NCBI GenBank assembly: GCA_016787525.1
Contig: JAEUUP010000027.1
Coordinates: 3,058-67,057, forward strand
Direction: 5' to 3'
Source of the DNA: Saprospiraceae bacterium
Lineage (GTDB): Bacteria; Bacteroidota; Bacteroidia; Chitinophagales; Saprospiraceae
DNA length: 64,000 bases
How positions within the stretch are numbered: position 1 is the stretch's first letter; the number at the start of each line of letters is the position of its first letter. Of this stretch, positions 38,643-48,886 are shown one piece after another. Both the position numbers and the translations under genes were made by a program. The notes beneath the pieces are model-generated. The model made no database searches and had not been told where the DNA came from. It saw only the letters and a program-made list of their open reading frames with translations.

Positions 38643-39539
38643 ATGAAAACAATCAAGCAACTCGCGCTGATGAGCGCAGCACTTTTCTATTGCCTTATGC
38701 TCCATGCAGCTACACCGAACAACACAATCGCACCCAATGCCGTTGACCCTAAACTATTGGCGCAATCTGCGACTACCGCCAGCAGTATCGCCGATTTGAT
38801 ACTCGAAGCCATTATGAATTTTACGCCGACCAATTACCCCACCAAGCCTGTGACATTGGGCACTTGCCCTGTCGTCACACTCACGCCGAGTGGCACGAGC
38901 AATCCATTTCCATGCAGCATCAAGATTGATTTTGGTGCAGGCTGCACGACACGTTCGGGTGCTTATGCCGAAGGTTCTGCCACCGCTACGTTTACGAATC
39001 GGGTGAGTATTCCGAATGCACAAGTCAATTGCACGTTCACCAATTTCAAATACAATGGTATATTGACCTCTGGGGCAATTAGCTTTACGATGGAAGGCAA
39101 TGATTTTGTTGCCTATCAAAACATCAAAATTGTTGCAACAGACTTGTACATGCGCGTTGGTTTGCAATCTGTTACATACAAAACACTCGAAATGCGCCGC
39201 AAACAAGTCGGCGGTTTGGAAACGATTCCATCGTATCAAGGCAATTTTGAATGGATAAAAGACGATGTGTATGAAACAGAAATCACAAAAGGAGAATGCG
39301 TGTTTTTGGGCGAAAAAACCAGTAATGTGGCTGTCGAAGCGACCGTCGTAACAACTAAAAACTTGACAAAAGCCTACACCTGTCAATATCCTTCATCGGG
39401 CATTCTGAAACTGACTGGCACAGAAAAAGATTCTTATGCCACCGTTGATTTTGGCAATGGCACATGCGACAATACGATAATCATTAAAATGGGTGACAAT
39501 CCAAGAGGACTCGAAGTACCACTACCTGCACGTCCTTAG
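38643..39539 (+). CDS. Hypothetical secreted protein
   Basis: 298-aa ORF with a signal peptide. Confidence 0.4.
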   Translation: MKTIKQLALMSAALFYCLMLHAATPNNTIAPNAVDPKLLAQSATTASSIADLILEAIMNFTPTNYPTKPVTLGTCPVVTLTPSGTSNPFPCSIKIDFGAGCTTRSGAYAEGSATATFTNRVSIPNAQVNCTFTNFKYNGILTSGAISFTMEGNDFVAYQNIKIVATDLYMRVGLQSVTYKTLEMRRKQVGGLETIPSYQGNFEWIKDDVYETEITKGECVFLGEKTSNVAVEATVVTTKNLTKAYTCQYPSSGILKLTGTEKDSYATVDFGNGTCDNTIIIKMGDNPRGLEVPLPARP

Positions 39540-39558
39540 TGAGCAATAAAGTAATGTA

Positions 39559-39611
39559 CCTCTCAGTAAAAAAGCCTTTGCGATGTTGCGAAGGCTTTTT
39601 TACTGAGGGGT
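39559..39611. terminator. Hairpin flanked by inverted motif copies (CTCAGTAAAAAAGCCTTTGCGATGTTGCGAAGGCTTTTTTACTGAGGGGT)
   Basis: Near-perfect palindrome with an A/T stretch, 20 nt after the stop of the + strand gene. Confidence 0.5.
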
Positions 39612-39680
39612 ATGTATCTTAAAAAAGAAGGCAAGAATAGGGAAGTCTAATGTCAAACTAAAAATAAGCAACTTTCAATT

Positions 39681-40271
39681 TCAAAGAATGACCTTTCTAA
39701 AAGTCAATGAAACGCGGCGTTTCCGTTGAAAAACTTGATTTTCAAACACATCTTTTTGTCTTGCAGGTATCGAATGAGTCCATTCATAACGACTTTCGCC
39801 TTTCAGAATGACGGCACTACGAGGTTCAAGTAGGATAGGAATTTTAATATTGTTTCTACAAAATTCCATAACGGCGGTTGAATTGAGTGAAATAGACACA
39901 ATTGTATCTTCAAAACAAGGTTCACAATCAATATGTGGGCTGATACCTTGTCCAGGCTCATATTCATTGACGATAACTTGGTCTGGTATATCCTCAAATA
40001 CCCCCTCAGTATAAAGGCGTTTTGCGATGTTTTCTAAACAACTTGGCAACGTCCCTATTTTCATAGACACATCAATGCGTCGCGCTCGGTAGTCGTATTT
40101 GTACCCATAATGTTGCACTCGGCGTTTTAAATCCAAAAGCCAATTTTGAGCATCAATTTGGGTAAATAAAAATGCTTCCTCTTCCTGCGAGATATAATTT
40201 GGATGATAAGACAGCCCCGCAATAGGGTTTGAATACACTTCTTTTTGAAACAGATTGAGTTGATTGGACAT
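39681..40271 (-). CDS. alkB: AlkB-like Fe(II)/2-oxoglutarate-dependent dioxygenase (DNA/RNA alkylation repair)
   Basis: 196 aa. HxD...H triad context (GISPHIDCE ... H) and C-terminal RVSLTFR, which carries the 2OG-binding Arg. Confidence 0.65.
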   Translation of the reverse strand: MSNQLNLFQKEVYSNPIAGLSYHPNYISQEEEAFLFTQIDAQNWLLDLKRRVQHYGYKYDYRARRIDVSMKIGTLPSCLENIAKRLYTEGVFEDIPDQVIVNEYEPGQGISPHIDCEPCFEDTIVSISLNSTAVMEFCRNNIKIPILLEPRSAVILKGESRYEWTHSIPARQKDVFENQVFQRKRRVSLTFRKVIL

Positions 40272-40353
40272 TTTTTAGGGCAAAAATACACTTTTTGTGT
40301 GTTATTATGAAGCTGAAAATTTGATTAAAGCAATACAATTGAAAACAAAATTG

Positions 40354-41058
40354 TTAATTTTTACCTGTACTCAAACTATCAATACCATAATGAATGCCAT
40401 TTTTTCTGAAAAAATCTTTGAACAAATCATAAAGTTCAGGGCATTCATCAATTTGACTCAAATAACCTAAATTATCAGGAGTATAACAGCGGTATTGACC
40501 GCATTCAAAGCAAATTTCAAAATTCATTATTGGTTTATTTTGTTTATCAAAGAATACAATAGCATTCCGTGGTCGGTAGCAGCATGAAATACTTCTCGAA
40601 CCATGTATAAGGCGATAATTAGTTGTATAATTTTCACAGAAATAACTCAACGAATCTATTTGTGTTTCATTTAATTCCAATTTCTCATAAACAGAATAGA
40701 CTTTTCCTAAAACTTTTATAGTATCTAAAATCGGGCGAGTTATTTTTACAGGAATGTCTTTTCCCATCAAATTTCTTTTCCTTTCCAATTTTTCTCCCTC
40801 AGGCGAAACAATCGTATCCGTATAGGTTCTTATATCGTTTTCCCAAATTTCATAATCAGGAAACGACACCAACACAATTTTAGCCGCTTCATTAAACGGG
40901 TATATTTTACGACATTCATCTACAGTTTTTTTACCATACCAACCACAATGAATTTTCCCTTGCTCGTGCAAACGTTGTTCTTTTTTGAATGTATATTTTT
41001 GACAGCTTACTAAAAATATAAGGGCTGATGTGATGATTATTAACTTATTCATATTCAA
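40354..41058 (-). CDS. Hypothetical lipoprotein (Cys-rich)
   Basis: 234 aa. Signal peptide plus lipobox-like LVSC. Confidence 0.35.
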   Translation of the reverse strand: MNMNKLIIITSALIFLVSCQKYTFKKEQRLHEQGKIHCGWYGKKTVDECRKIYPFNEAAKIVLVSFPDYEIWENDIRTYTDTIVSPEGEKLERKRNLMGKDIPVKITRPILDTIKVLGKVYSVYEKLELNETQIDSLSYFCENYTTNYRLIHGSRSISCCYRPRNAIVFFDKQNKPIMNFEICFECGQYRCYTPDNLGYLSQIDECPELYDLFKDFFRKNGIHYGIDSLSTGKN

Positions 41059-41145
41059 CGGTTTATTTGATATGGTTTGTAAAACAAAAAGCCGATACCC
41101 CTCAGTATATCGGCTTTTGTTTCATTTCAGATATTTGAAAATCAA

Positions 41146-43794
41146 TTACTTAATCAACTCTTTTGCCTTTTCCAACGCGCTACCTAACCCCTCAGTATCC
41201 GTACCACCCGCCGTTGCAAAATGCGCTTGACCGCCGCCACCACCTTTGATTTCTTTTGCCAATTCACGAATCCACGCGCCAGCGTTCCACGCTTTGGCTT
41301 TTGCCAAATCGGGACTGATGCTGATGGTCAATTGCGGTTTGTCGTCCTTGACTGAGCCGAATACGATGACTGCATTGCCAACCTCCTTGTCGAGATTTGC
41401 CGCCAATGTTTTGATCGCACTGGCATCGCTCAAACTGATTTGTTTGATAAGCACATTCACCCCCTCAGTTGCCGCGCCGTTGCTCGCAATGACTTGGAAC
41501 TCAGCACGCAAGCTGCGTTGCAAGGAAGCCGCTTGCTCAAGGTGCATCGCTTCGATTTGTTTCCGCAAAGCCTTGTTTTCATCTTGCAAATCAGCAACAC
41601 GTTGCGCTGTGTTTTTTGGATTTTTGAAAATATCGCGAATCGCATTCAATTCAGCCACTTCTGTATTCAGATACGCTTCTGCGGCATCTGCTGTGACCGC
41701 CTCGATGCGGCGCACACCCGCTGCAACCGCAGATTCTGAAACAATTTTGAACAAACCGATTTCACCCGTAGCGGCTACGTGCGTACCACCGCATAACTCT
41801 TGACTGAAATCTTTGTCAAACGTAATCACACGCACTGTTTCGCCATATTTTTCACCAAAAAGCATCATAGCACCCGTTTTTCGAGCATCTTCGATGGGCA
41901 TATTGCGGACTTCGTGGAGAGCAATGTTCTCGCGAATCTTTTTATTCACCATCAATTCAATCGCGGCAAGTTCGTTTTTCGACACTGCACCCGGGTTTTG
42001 GAAGTCAAAACGCAGACGATTGGCATCCACACTTTGTCCTTTTTGCGTCGCTTGTTTGCCCAAAATGTTGTGCAAAGCGGCGTGCATCAAGTGCGTTGCG
42101 GTGTGATTTTTAGAAATAGCGGCTCGTTTGTCGCGGTCAACTTGACAACGCACACGCTCATCGTGGATATTTTCGGGCAAATTGGCAACGACATGAATAA
42201 TCAAGTCATTTTCTTTTTTGGTATCTATCACTTCAATTTTTTCGCCGTCGAAATACATTGCGCCAGTATCGCCCACTTGACCACCACTTTCAGCGTAAAA
42301 AGGTGTGCGATTGACCACAATTTGATATTGCAAGCCTTTTTTGTCTTGTACTGCGCGATATTTCATCACTTTAGTATTCTCAACTTTCAATTGGTCGTAG
42401 CCAACAAACTCAACACCCGGCGTATCGTCCAATACAATCCAGTCGCCGACTTGCTTTTCAGCATCTTTTTTCGAGCGTTGTTTTTGTTCTTGCAGGCATT
42501 TTTCAAACCCCTCAGTATCCACGCTCAAACCTTTTTCAGAAGCAATCAATTGCGTCAAGTCAACAGGAAAACCATAGGTATCGAACAATTCAAATGCCTC
42601 AGAACCAACGATGACCGACCCCTCAGTACGCAAGGTTTCAAAACGTTTCAAACCATTTTCCAAAGTGCGTAAAAAAGACTTTTCCTCTTCCAAAATGACT
42701 TTTTGCACAAAAGCCTCTTGTGCTTTCAATTCAGGAAACACATCGGCAAATTCTGATGCCAAAAGTGGAATCAATTTGTTCAAAAGCGGGTCTTTGACAT
42801 CCAAAAATGAATAAGCATAGCGCACAGCCCGACGCAAAATGCGGCGAATAACATAGCCCGCACCATTCGACGAAGGCAATTGTCCGTCGGCAATCGTAAA
42901 CGCAACGGCACGAATATGGTCAACGATGACCCGCATCGCCACGTCCGATTTGGCGGTGCGTTCGTAGCTGCCTGTGTAGGTTTTGCCACATTCTTTCTCG
43001 ACCAAAGCGATGAAAGGTGTGAAAATATCGGTGTCGTAAGTGTATTTTTTGCCTTGCATCACCATACAAAGGCGTTCAAAACCCATCCCTGTATCCACAT
43101 GTTGCGCTGGCAAAACGACCAAAGAAGCGTCTGCTTTGCGCTCAAATTGCATAAAGACGTTGTTCCAAATCTCCACTACTGAGGGGTCGTCCATATTCAC
43201 CAATTTTTCGCCGGGAACTTTCGCACGTTCTTCGTCGCTGCGGAAATCGAAGTGAATTTCGGAACAAGGACCACACGGCCCTTGTGCGCCCATTTCCCAG
43301 AAATTATCTTTTTTATTGCCGTCCAAAATGTGGTTGTCGGGCAGATATTGTCGCCAATAGTTGCGGGCTTCTTCGTCACTTGCCAAACCTTCTTTTTCGT
43401 CGCCACCGAACACGGTTGCATACAAACGGTCTTTTGGCAAGCCCAAAGTACCTGTCAAAAACTCCCATGACCACTCAATGGCTTCTTTTTTGAAATAATC
43501 GCCAAACGACCAGTTGCCCAACATCTCGAACATGGTGTGGTGTGTGCCGTCGAAGCCCACATCTTCCAAGTCGTTGTGTTTACCCGACACCCGCAGACAT
43601 TTTTGCGTGTCGGCGATGCGTACTGAGGGGGGCGTTCCGTTGCCCAAAAAGAAATCTTTGAACTGAACCATACCCGAATTGGTAAACATCAAAGTCGGGT
43701 CGTTTTTAAGTACCAAGGGTGCAGAAGGCACGATTTTATGCTGTTTCGATTTGAAAAAATCGAGAAATGATTGGCGGATTTCGCGTGATGTCAT
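41146..43794 (-). CDS. alaS: Alanine--tRNA ligase
   Basis: 882 aa. N-terminal MTSREIRQSFLDFFKSKQHKIVPSAPLV..., class II motifs, editing domain, and C-terminal DHHA1-like region. Confidence 0.9.
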   Translation of the reverse strand: MTSREIRQSFLDFFKSKQHKIVPSAPLVLKNDPTLMFTNSGMVQFKDFFLGNGTPPSVRIADTQKCLRVSGKHNDLEDVGFDGTHHTMFEMLGNWSFGDYFKKEAIEWSWEFLTGTLGLPKDRLYATVFGGDEKEGLASDEEARNYWRQYLPDNHILDGNKKDNFWEMGAQGPCGPCSEIHFDFRSDEERAKVPGEKLVNMDDPSVVEIWNNVFMQFERKADASLVVLPAQHVDTGMGFERLCMVMQGKKYTYDTDIFTPFIALVEKECGKTYTGSYERTAKSDVAMRVIVDHIRAVAFTIADGQLPSSNGAGYVIRRILRRAVRYAYSFLDVKDPLLNKLIPLLASEFADVFPELKAQEAFVQKVILEEEKSFLRTLENGLKRFETLRTEGSVIVGSEAFELFDTYGFPVDLTQLIASEKGLSVDTEGFEKCLQEQKQRSKKDAEKQVGDWIVLDDTPGVEFVGYDQLKVENTKVMKYRAVQDKKGLQYQIVVNRTPFYAESGGQVGDTGAMYFDGEKIEVIDTKKENDLIIHVVANLPENIHDERVRCQVDRDKRAAISKNHTATHLMHAALHNILGKQATQKGQSVDANRLRFDFQNPGAVSKNELAAIELMVNKKIRENIALHEVRNMPIEDARKTGAMMLFGEKYGETVRVITFDKDFSQELCGGTHVAATGEIGLFKIVSESAVAAGVRRIEAVTADAAEAYLNTEVAELNAIRDIFKNPKNTAQRVADLQDENKALRKQIEAMHLEQAASLQRSLRAEFQVIASNGAATEGVNVLIKQISLSDASAIKTLAANLDKEVGNAVIVFGSVKDDKPQLTISISPDLAKAKAWNAGAWIRELAKEIKGGGGGQAHFATAGGTDTEGLGSALEKAKELIK

Positions 43795-43821
43795 ATTTTT
43801 AAGTAATTGATTTTAAACAAT

Positions 43822-44685
43822 TTATCGTGGTTTTGAAAAAAGAAAAACTATTTCATGTTCTTTATCAACAACTTGACCACATTTATAATAGATATTCCAT
43901 TTTGGAATAAGTTTAACTTGCCGTAAGGCTTCTTGCTTCCAAACTTCTTCACCTTCAGGTTTTATTGTACCATACCAATTTCTATTTTTTACAGGTATTG
44001 CACTAATAATTTTGCCTTCATCATCAGTTGTAATTTTTATTGTTACTTGTCTTTCTACGGCAATATCTGGGAGGTGTTTCCAATCTGTATTTTTAGCAAT
44101 ATCTTCTTCTGAAATTTGTCCAGAAATATTGATATATTCTGTTTTATCCTTAAACTCCCCTTTGTCAATGACTTTACCGTCTTTTATGGTAAAACATAGT
44201 TGAGTATTATAGTCAGAAAATCCATATTCTGTATAATGATGTGCTGCAATTTGATAATTTATCTCTTTTCCAAAAACACGTCCATTAACACATCTTTCTT
44301 TAAACTCTTTTTGTAAATCAAGTAAGCCTAAAGAATCTCTATCCTCAGCGAAATGGTTTCTATCTAAAAGTATTTCTATCAAAAATAAACTATCATTTTC
44401 GATTTGCCAAGTTGGTAAAAAACTACCTCCTAAGCATGTTTTGAATTCCATATCTTCAAAAATGGATGTCATTTTGAGGCTATAATCAAGAAGTTTTTCA
44501 GGCATAATCAAGGTGTCTTTCCCATTAATTAGTAAGGCTTGAAATAAGACTTGACTGTAAGTCATTGATAGAAACCCCAATACGAAAACAGGTAAAATGA
44601 TGATTTTTTTTTTGAAATTCATTGGACTAAGATTTAAGTGTTTCAAAAATTTCGCAAAACTACAAAAAACAAAAAGCATCACCAA
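43822..44685 (-). CDS. Hypothetical secreted protein (start possibly at the internal MNFKKKII...)
   Basis: 287-aa ORF. A signal peptide follows the internal Met. Confidence 0.35.
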   Translation of the reverse strand: MVMLFVFCSFAKFLKHLNLSPMNFKKKIIILPVFVLGFLSMTYSQVLFQALLINGKDTLIMPEKLLDYSLKMTSIFEDMEFKTCLGGSFLPTWQIENDSLFLIEILLDRNHFAEDRDSLGLLDLQKEFKERCVNGRVFGKEINYQIAAHHYTEYGFSDYNTQLCFTIKDGKVIDKGEFKDKTEYINISGQISEEDIAKNTDWKHLPDIAVERQVTIKITTDDEGKIISAIPVKNRNWYGTIKPEGEEVWKQEALRQVKLIPKWNIYYKCGQVVDKEHEIVFLFSKPR

Positions 44686-44726
44686 CGAAAACCGTAAGCA
44701 ATGCTTTTTTAGAAAGACAAAAAATC

Positions 44727-45194
44727 CTAATTTTTAGCTGACGAGCCTTCATAGAGTGTAGTGCCTTTGGCATCTTCGAGCATGTACATGCCTTTCCATT
44801 GTTTGAGCGTCAAATTGGCGTTTTTCCAGACACCAGCACTTTCTTTTTTCTCTTTTTTCAAAATCACTGTGCCTTTTTGGCTGGGCATGTAGATTTCGGC
44901 TTGTGCATCGTCAGTGTCGGATTTAAAAACGACGAAGGCGGACAAGGTTTGGTCGAGATTCGCCGCTTTGGGATTGAGGCGGATGCCGACTTCAAAGGTG
45001 CGGATACATTCGTTGCGGACTGTTGACCATGTGTAGCCTGCCGAGCCGATACAGCCATGCTCGTCTCTGTCGCCGCCTGTCATGGCGGGGGCAGGTGGTG
45101 GTGGCGGCGGAGGCGTTTGTTCTTTTTGACTTTTCATGTTGCTGCATGAGGCGAGGAATAAAACGGCACTCGCCAATAAGATTCTGATAGACAT
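44727..45194 (-). CDS. Hypothetical lipoprotein with poly-Pro linker
   Basis: 155 aa. Signal peptide plus LASCS lipobox, then a PPPPPPPAPA linker. Confidence 0.4.
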   Translation of the reverse strand: MSIRILLASAVLFLASCSNMKSQKEQTPPPPPPPAPAMTGGDRDEHGCIGSAGYTWSTVRNECIRTFEVGIRLNPKAANLDQTLSAFVVFKSDTDDAQAEIYMPSQKGTVILKKEKKESAGVWKNANLTLKQWKGMYMLEDAKGTTLYEGSSAKN

Positions 45195-45234
45195 AATTAG
45201 GTAATCTGGTTGAAAATGGTGAAATAATAACTGT

Positions 45235-46125
45235 TTATCCTAAGAAATCGGGTTGCGCAAATTCTGGATTGGGGTATTTGTAGAAGCCTTCGCCTGTTTT
45301 TAGTCCGAGTTTGCCTTCGTCCACATATTCCTTCAACAAGGCGGCGAAGCGAACGCTGCGGCTATCGCTGCGTGTCTTCACAACGTGCCAAGCGGTCTCC
45401 AAACCGATGGTGTCTAAGATGCCGAATGGGCCCATATTGGATTTAAAATTGCCCATCCACGAACGGTCAATGTCTTGAATGGAGGCGATGTCACGTGTGC
45501 GCAAGTCGCCCGCAGCACCGAGTATCGCCATCAGCATTTGGTTGAACAGATAGCCGGGGTTTTCCTTTTTTATCAGAACTGGAATCTGGTGAATCGCTTT
45601 ACTCAAGTCCATCAAAAGGTCAATAACGGCCCCCTCAGTATCGGGGTGTGGCATGATGTCCACCACATTCATCGTGAAAACGTCGTGAAAATGCCAAGCG
45701 CAGAACAGATGTGGTCGCCCCGTGTCCTCAGCAATCAGTGAAGGGAGCAAGTACGATGTGTTGGTCGTCAAAATCGTCCCTTTTTCCCACAGAGGGGCAA
45801 AGTCTTGATACACTTTTTTCTTCAAAGTGAGGTCTTCAGTCACTGATTCGCTCACAAAATCTATATTTTTGACCGCTTCTACCCTATCGGTGGTCGTGGT
45901 CAGACGGCTGATGGCCGCGTCGGCATCCCCCTCAGTCATCCACCCTTTTTTGACGAAGCTGCGCAGTAGTTTGTCTTGCACAGACCTTGCTTTTTGGAGC
46001 GAATCGGCTGAAATATCGTACATCCGCACATTGAATCCGTCCATCGCACAACGCAAACCAATGCGCAAGCCCAAAGTACCACAACCAATGATGAGAATGT
46101 TTTTTATGTCTTTTAATTCTTTCAT
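45235..46125 (-). CDS. 3-hydroxyacyl-CoA (3-hydroxybutyryl-CoA) dehydrogenase
   Basis: 296 aa. N-terminal Rossmann NILIIGCGTLGLRIGL and a C-terminal 3HCDH domain. Confidence 0.8.
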   Translation of the reverse strand: MKELKDIKNILIIGCGTLGLRIGLRCAMDGFNVRMYDISADSLQKARSVQDKLLRSFVKKGWMTEGDADAAISRLTTTTDRVEAVKNIDFVSESVTEDLTLKKKVYQDFAPLWEKGTILTTNTSYLLPSLIAEDTGRPHLFCAWHFHDVFTMNVVDIMPHPDTEGAVIDLLMDLSKAIHQIPVLIKKENPGYLFNQMLMAILGAAGDLRTRDIASIQDIDRSWMGNFKSNMGPFGILDTIGLETAWHVVKTRSDSRSVRFAALLKEYVDEGKLGLKTGEGFYKYPNPEFAQPDFLG

Positions 46126-46353
46126 AAATTCGATTGATTGATAAAGTTATTACACCTTCAAAGATGAGGTTTTGTCTTATTTTTCATACATGATTTCAAT
46201 TATTTTTTTGAAAACCCTTCCGCAACATGCGTTTAAGCTGTTTAAAAAACTAATTTTGCCCTCTAAAAAATCATTATCTATTCTGGATTTGTGGTTGACC
46301 CATGCGCTCAATCCAAAATCATAAATCCGAAATCCAAAATCATTTTCTTTTCT

Positions 46354-47223
46354 ATGCAACTACTTGATGGAAAATTACTTGCCGAAACGATTAAATCTGA
46401 AATCAAAGAAAAAGTGGACCGCATCAAAGCCATCCATGGCAAAGTGCCTCATTTGGCGGCTGTTTTAGTGGGCAACAACCCTGCCAGCGAGGCTTATGTG
46501 GGCAACAAAATCCGTTCTTGCGAGCAAGTTGGCTTCAAATCAACCCTCATTCGCCGCGATGGCAGTGTGACGCAAGCGGAGTTGTTGGAGATTGTTAAAG
46601 ATTTGAACGAAGACCCTGATGTGGATGGCTTTATCGTTCAGTTGCCTTTGCCCAAACACATTGACGAGCAGGTTGTCACCCTCGCGATTGACCCCGCTAA
46701 GGATGTGGACGGCTTTCATCCGACGAATTTTGGGCGTATGACGCAAGGTTTGCCTGCGTTTTTACCTGCTACGCCTTCGGGCATTCTCGAAATGTTGAAA
46801 CGTTACCGCATCGAAACGGCGGGTAAGGAATGTGTGATTATTGGTCGCTCCAATATCGTGGGGACCCCCCTCAGTATTTTGCTCTCGCGCAAGGGTTGGG
46901 ATGCAACGGTGACTTTGGCACACTCTCGAACCAAGGATTTGAAAGAGGTCTGCCTACGGGCGGATATTTTGGTGGCGGCTATCGGTGTGGCGCACTTCGT
47001 GACAGCGGATATGGTGAAAGAAGGAGCGGTGGTGATTGATGTCGGCATGAATCGCATCGAGGATTTGACGAAGAAAAGCGGCACGCGCCTTGTGGGTGAC
47101 GTTGATTTTGATGCGGTTGCACCTAAAACGAGCTTTATCACGCCTGTGCCGGGTGGTGTCGGGCAATTGACGGTGGCTTCTTTGATGCTGAATACTTTGC
47201 GGGCGGTGCAAAGTCGGACTTGA
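46354..47223 (+). CDS. folD: Bifunctional methylenetetrahydrofolate dehydrogenase / methenyl-THF cyclohydrolase
   Basis: [14 protein letters not shown]...[28 protein letters not shown]... is a canonical FolD N-terminus. Confidence 0.85.
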   Translation: MQLLDGKLLAETIKSEIKEKVDRIKAIHGKVPHLAAVLVGNNPASEAYVGNKIRSCEQVGFKSTLIRRDGSVTQAELLEIVKDLNEDPDVDGFIVQLPLPKHIDEQVVTLAIDPAKDVDGFHPTNFGRMTQGLPAFLPATPSGILEMLKRYRIETAGKECVIIGRSNIVGTPLSILLSRKGWDATVTLAHSRTKDLKEVCLRADILVAAIGVAHFVTADMVKEGAVVIDVGMNRIEDLTKKSGTRLVGDVDFDAVAPKTSFITPVPGGVGQLTVASLMLNTLRAVQSRT

Positions 47224-47233
47224 GGGTTGTATT

Positions 47234-47344
47234 ACTGAGGTTTGGGAGCGTTCTACTGAGGGGGTGATAAGTTCTACTGAGGTTTGAGAGCGTTCTACTG
47301 AGGGGGTGATTTGAAATCACCCCCTCAGTAGAACCATTTTCGAG
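47234..47344. repeat. Cluster of five TACTGAGG-family motif copies: two 40-bp direct repeats plus a 19-bp-stem perfect hairpin
   Basis: GTTCTACTGAGGTTTGrGAGCGTTCTACTGAGGGGGTGAT repeated twice, then GTTCTACTGAGGGGGTGAT-ttgaa-ATCACCCCCTCAGTAGAAC. Lies immediately 3' of folD. Confidence 0.85.
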
Positions 47345-47345
47345 G

Positions 47346-47722
47346 TTACTTGCTCCAATTTTGAGCTTGCTTGCTCAATTTTTGAGCTTGCTTGCTCCAA
47401 TTTTGAGCTTGCTTGCTCCAATTTTGAGCTTGCTTGCTCCAATTTTGAGCTTACTTGCTCAATTTTTGAGGTTGCTTGCTCAATTTTTGAGCTTGCTTGC
47501 TCAATTTTTGAGCTTGCTTGCTCCAATTTTGAGCTTACTTGCTCAATTTTTGAGGTTGCTTGCTCAATTTTTGAGCTTACTTGCTCAATTTTTGAGGTTG
47601 CTTGCTCAATTTTTGAGCTTACTTGCTCAATTTTTGAGCTTGCTTGCTCAATTTTTGAGCTTGCTTGCTCCGATTTTGAGCTTGCTTGCTCAATTTTTGA
47701 GCATCTCTCCTCCATTTTTGAG
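47346..47722. repeat. ~18 tandem copies of a 21-bp repeat TTGCTCAATTTTTGAGCTTGC; the minus-strand frame encodes the heptad (SSKIEQA)n
   Basis: Visible 21-nt periodicity. Variants alter only I/L and A/V/T positions of the heptad. The ORF track shows a 132-aa minus-strand ORF (47317..47715) and a 131-aa plus-strand ORF over the same repeats. Confidence 0.85.
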
Positions 47723-47760
47723 GCGCATTAAACGTGTCAACAACTTTTCAATATAAAAAA

Positions 47761-48612
47761 ATGAATTATTACGAAGTAGAAATAACGCCGATGCTCGATG
47801 GCGAGTCAATGGGGCAGTATGTGGAGGAGAAAATCGAGATTTTGATTGCGGTTTTGAGCGATTTGCCTTTCGATACGTTCGAGGAAATGACAACAAGCCT
47901 CAAAGCGTTTATGCGTGAGGAGGATTGGAATGAGTCGGTGGTCGAACAACTCGATGAATTGAGCTTGGCGTTTCATTTTTCTTATAAAACAACGCATGTG
48001 CCGTATCAAAACTGGAATGAAGTGTGGGAATCTAATTTTCAGCCCATCAAAGTGGATGATTTTGTGGGTTTGCGAGCGGATTTTCACCCTGATACTGAGG
48101 GGGTCGTCTTTGATTTGGTTATCAATCCGAAGATGGCTTTTGGGACGGGGCATCACGAGACGACTTATATGATGATGCAGTTGATGCGCGACCTCGATTT
48201 TGAGGGTCAAAAGGTGCTGGACTATGGGTGTGGCACAGGTGTTTTGGCGATTTTGGCTTCAAAATTGGGTGCAACGGTACTCGAAGCGGTGGACATCGAA
48301 GTGGCGAGTTACGACAACACCATCGAAAATTGCGCCATCAATGGTGTCGAGAACGTCGCGACTTTTTGCGGCACGTTGGATGCTGTGCCGTCGTCCGATT
48401 TTGACATTATTTTAGCCAATATCAACCGCAATGTGATTTTATATTCTCTAAATGATTTGAAAAATCGTTTAAAAAAGGGCGGCATCATTCTGTTTTCGGG
48501 CTTTTTGAAACAAGATGAAAACATCCTACTCGAAGCAACCCGCAAGGAAGGTTTCAGTCATTTGGAGACCAAACAGCGGGGCAACTGGATTAGTATGAAG
48601 TATAAATTATAA
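47761..48612 (+). CDS. prmA: Ribosomal protein L11 methyltransferase
   Basis: ...INPKMAFGTGHHETTYMMMQ..., then the SAM-binding VLDYGCGTGVLAI. Confidence 0.8.
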   Translation: MNYYEVEITPMLDGESMGQYVEEKIEILIAVLSDLPFDTFEEMTTSLKAFMREEDWNESVVEQLDELSLAFHFSYKTTHVPYQNWNEVWESNFQPIKVDDFVGLRADFHPDTEGVVFDLVINPKMAFGTGHHETTYMMMQLMRDLDFEGQKVLDYGCGTGVLAILASKLGATVLEAVDIEVASYDNTIENCAINGVENVATFCGTLDAVPSSDFDIILANINRNVILYSLNDLKNRLKKGGIILFSGFLKQDENILLEATRKEGFSHLETKQRGNWISMKYKL

Positions 48613-48886
48613 GGTCAAGAATCTTGTATCATTTCAAGGTTGTTGAGTGTGCATCTATAAAAAATGAGGCTTACGAAATCCTAATATTTCGTAAGCCTCC
48701 TACTTTAAGCCCCCCCTCAGTAAAAACCGAGAAAGCCTGTTAATATTCGTATCAACAAATAATTTCACAAGAGCATTTATCGTTTTTTAACCTTCAAAGA
48801 TTGACTATTCATTGAATCTTACGCATATTTGTTTGATTGACTGTTTAACTCATCGTCCATTTACTCAATATTTAATGTCTGACAGC

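Noticed and set aside
41246-43493. Multiple 60-290-aa antisense and out-of-frame ORFs inside alaS, with similar ones inside ftsI, ftcD, the TonB receptor and the 1515-aa ORF
   Set aside because: They are nested within strongly supported long genes and have low-complexity translations. These are typical shadow ORFs.
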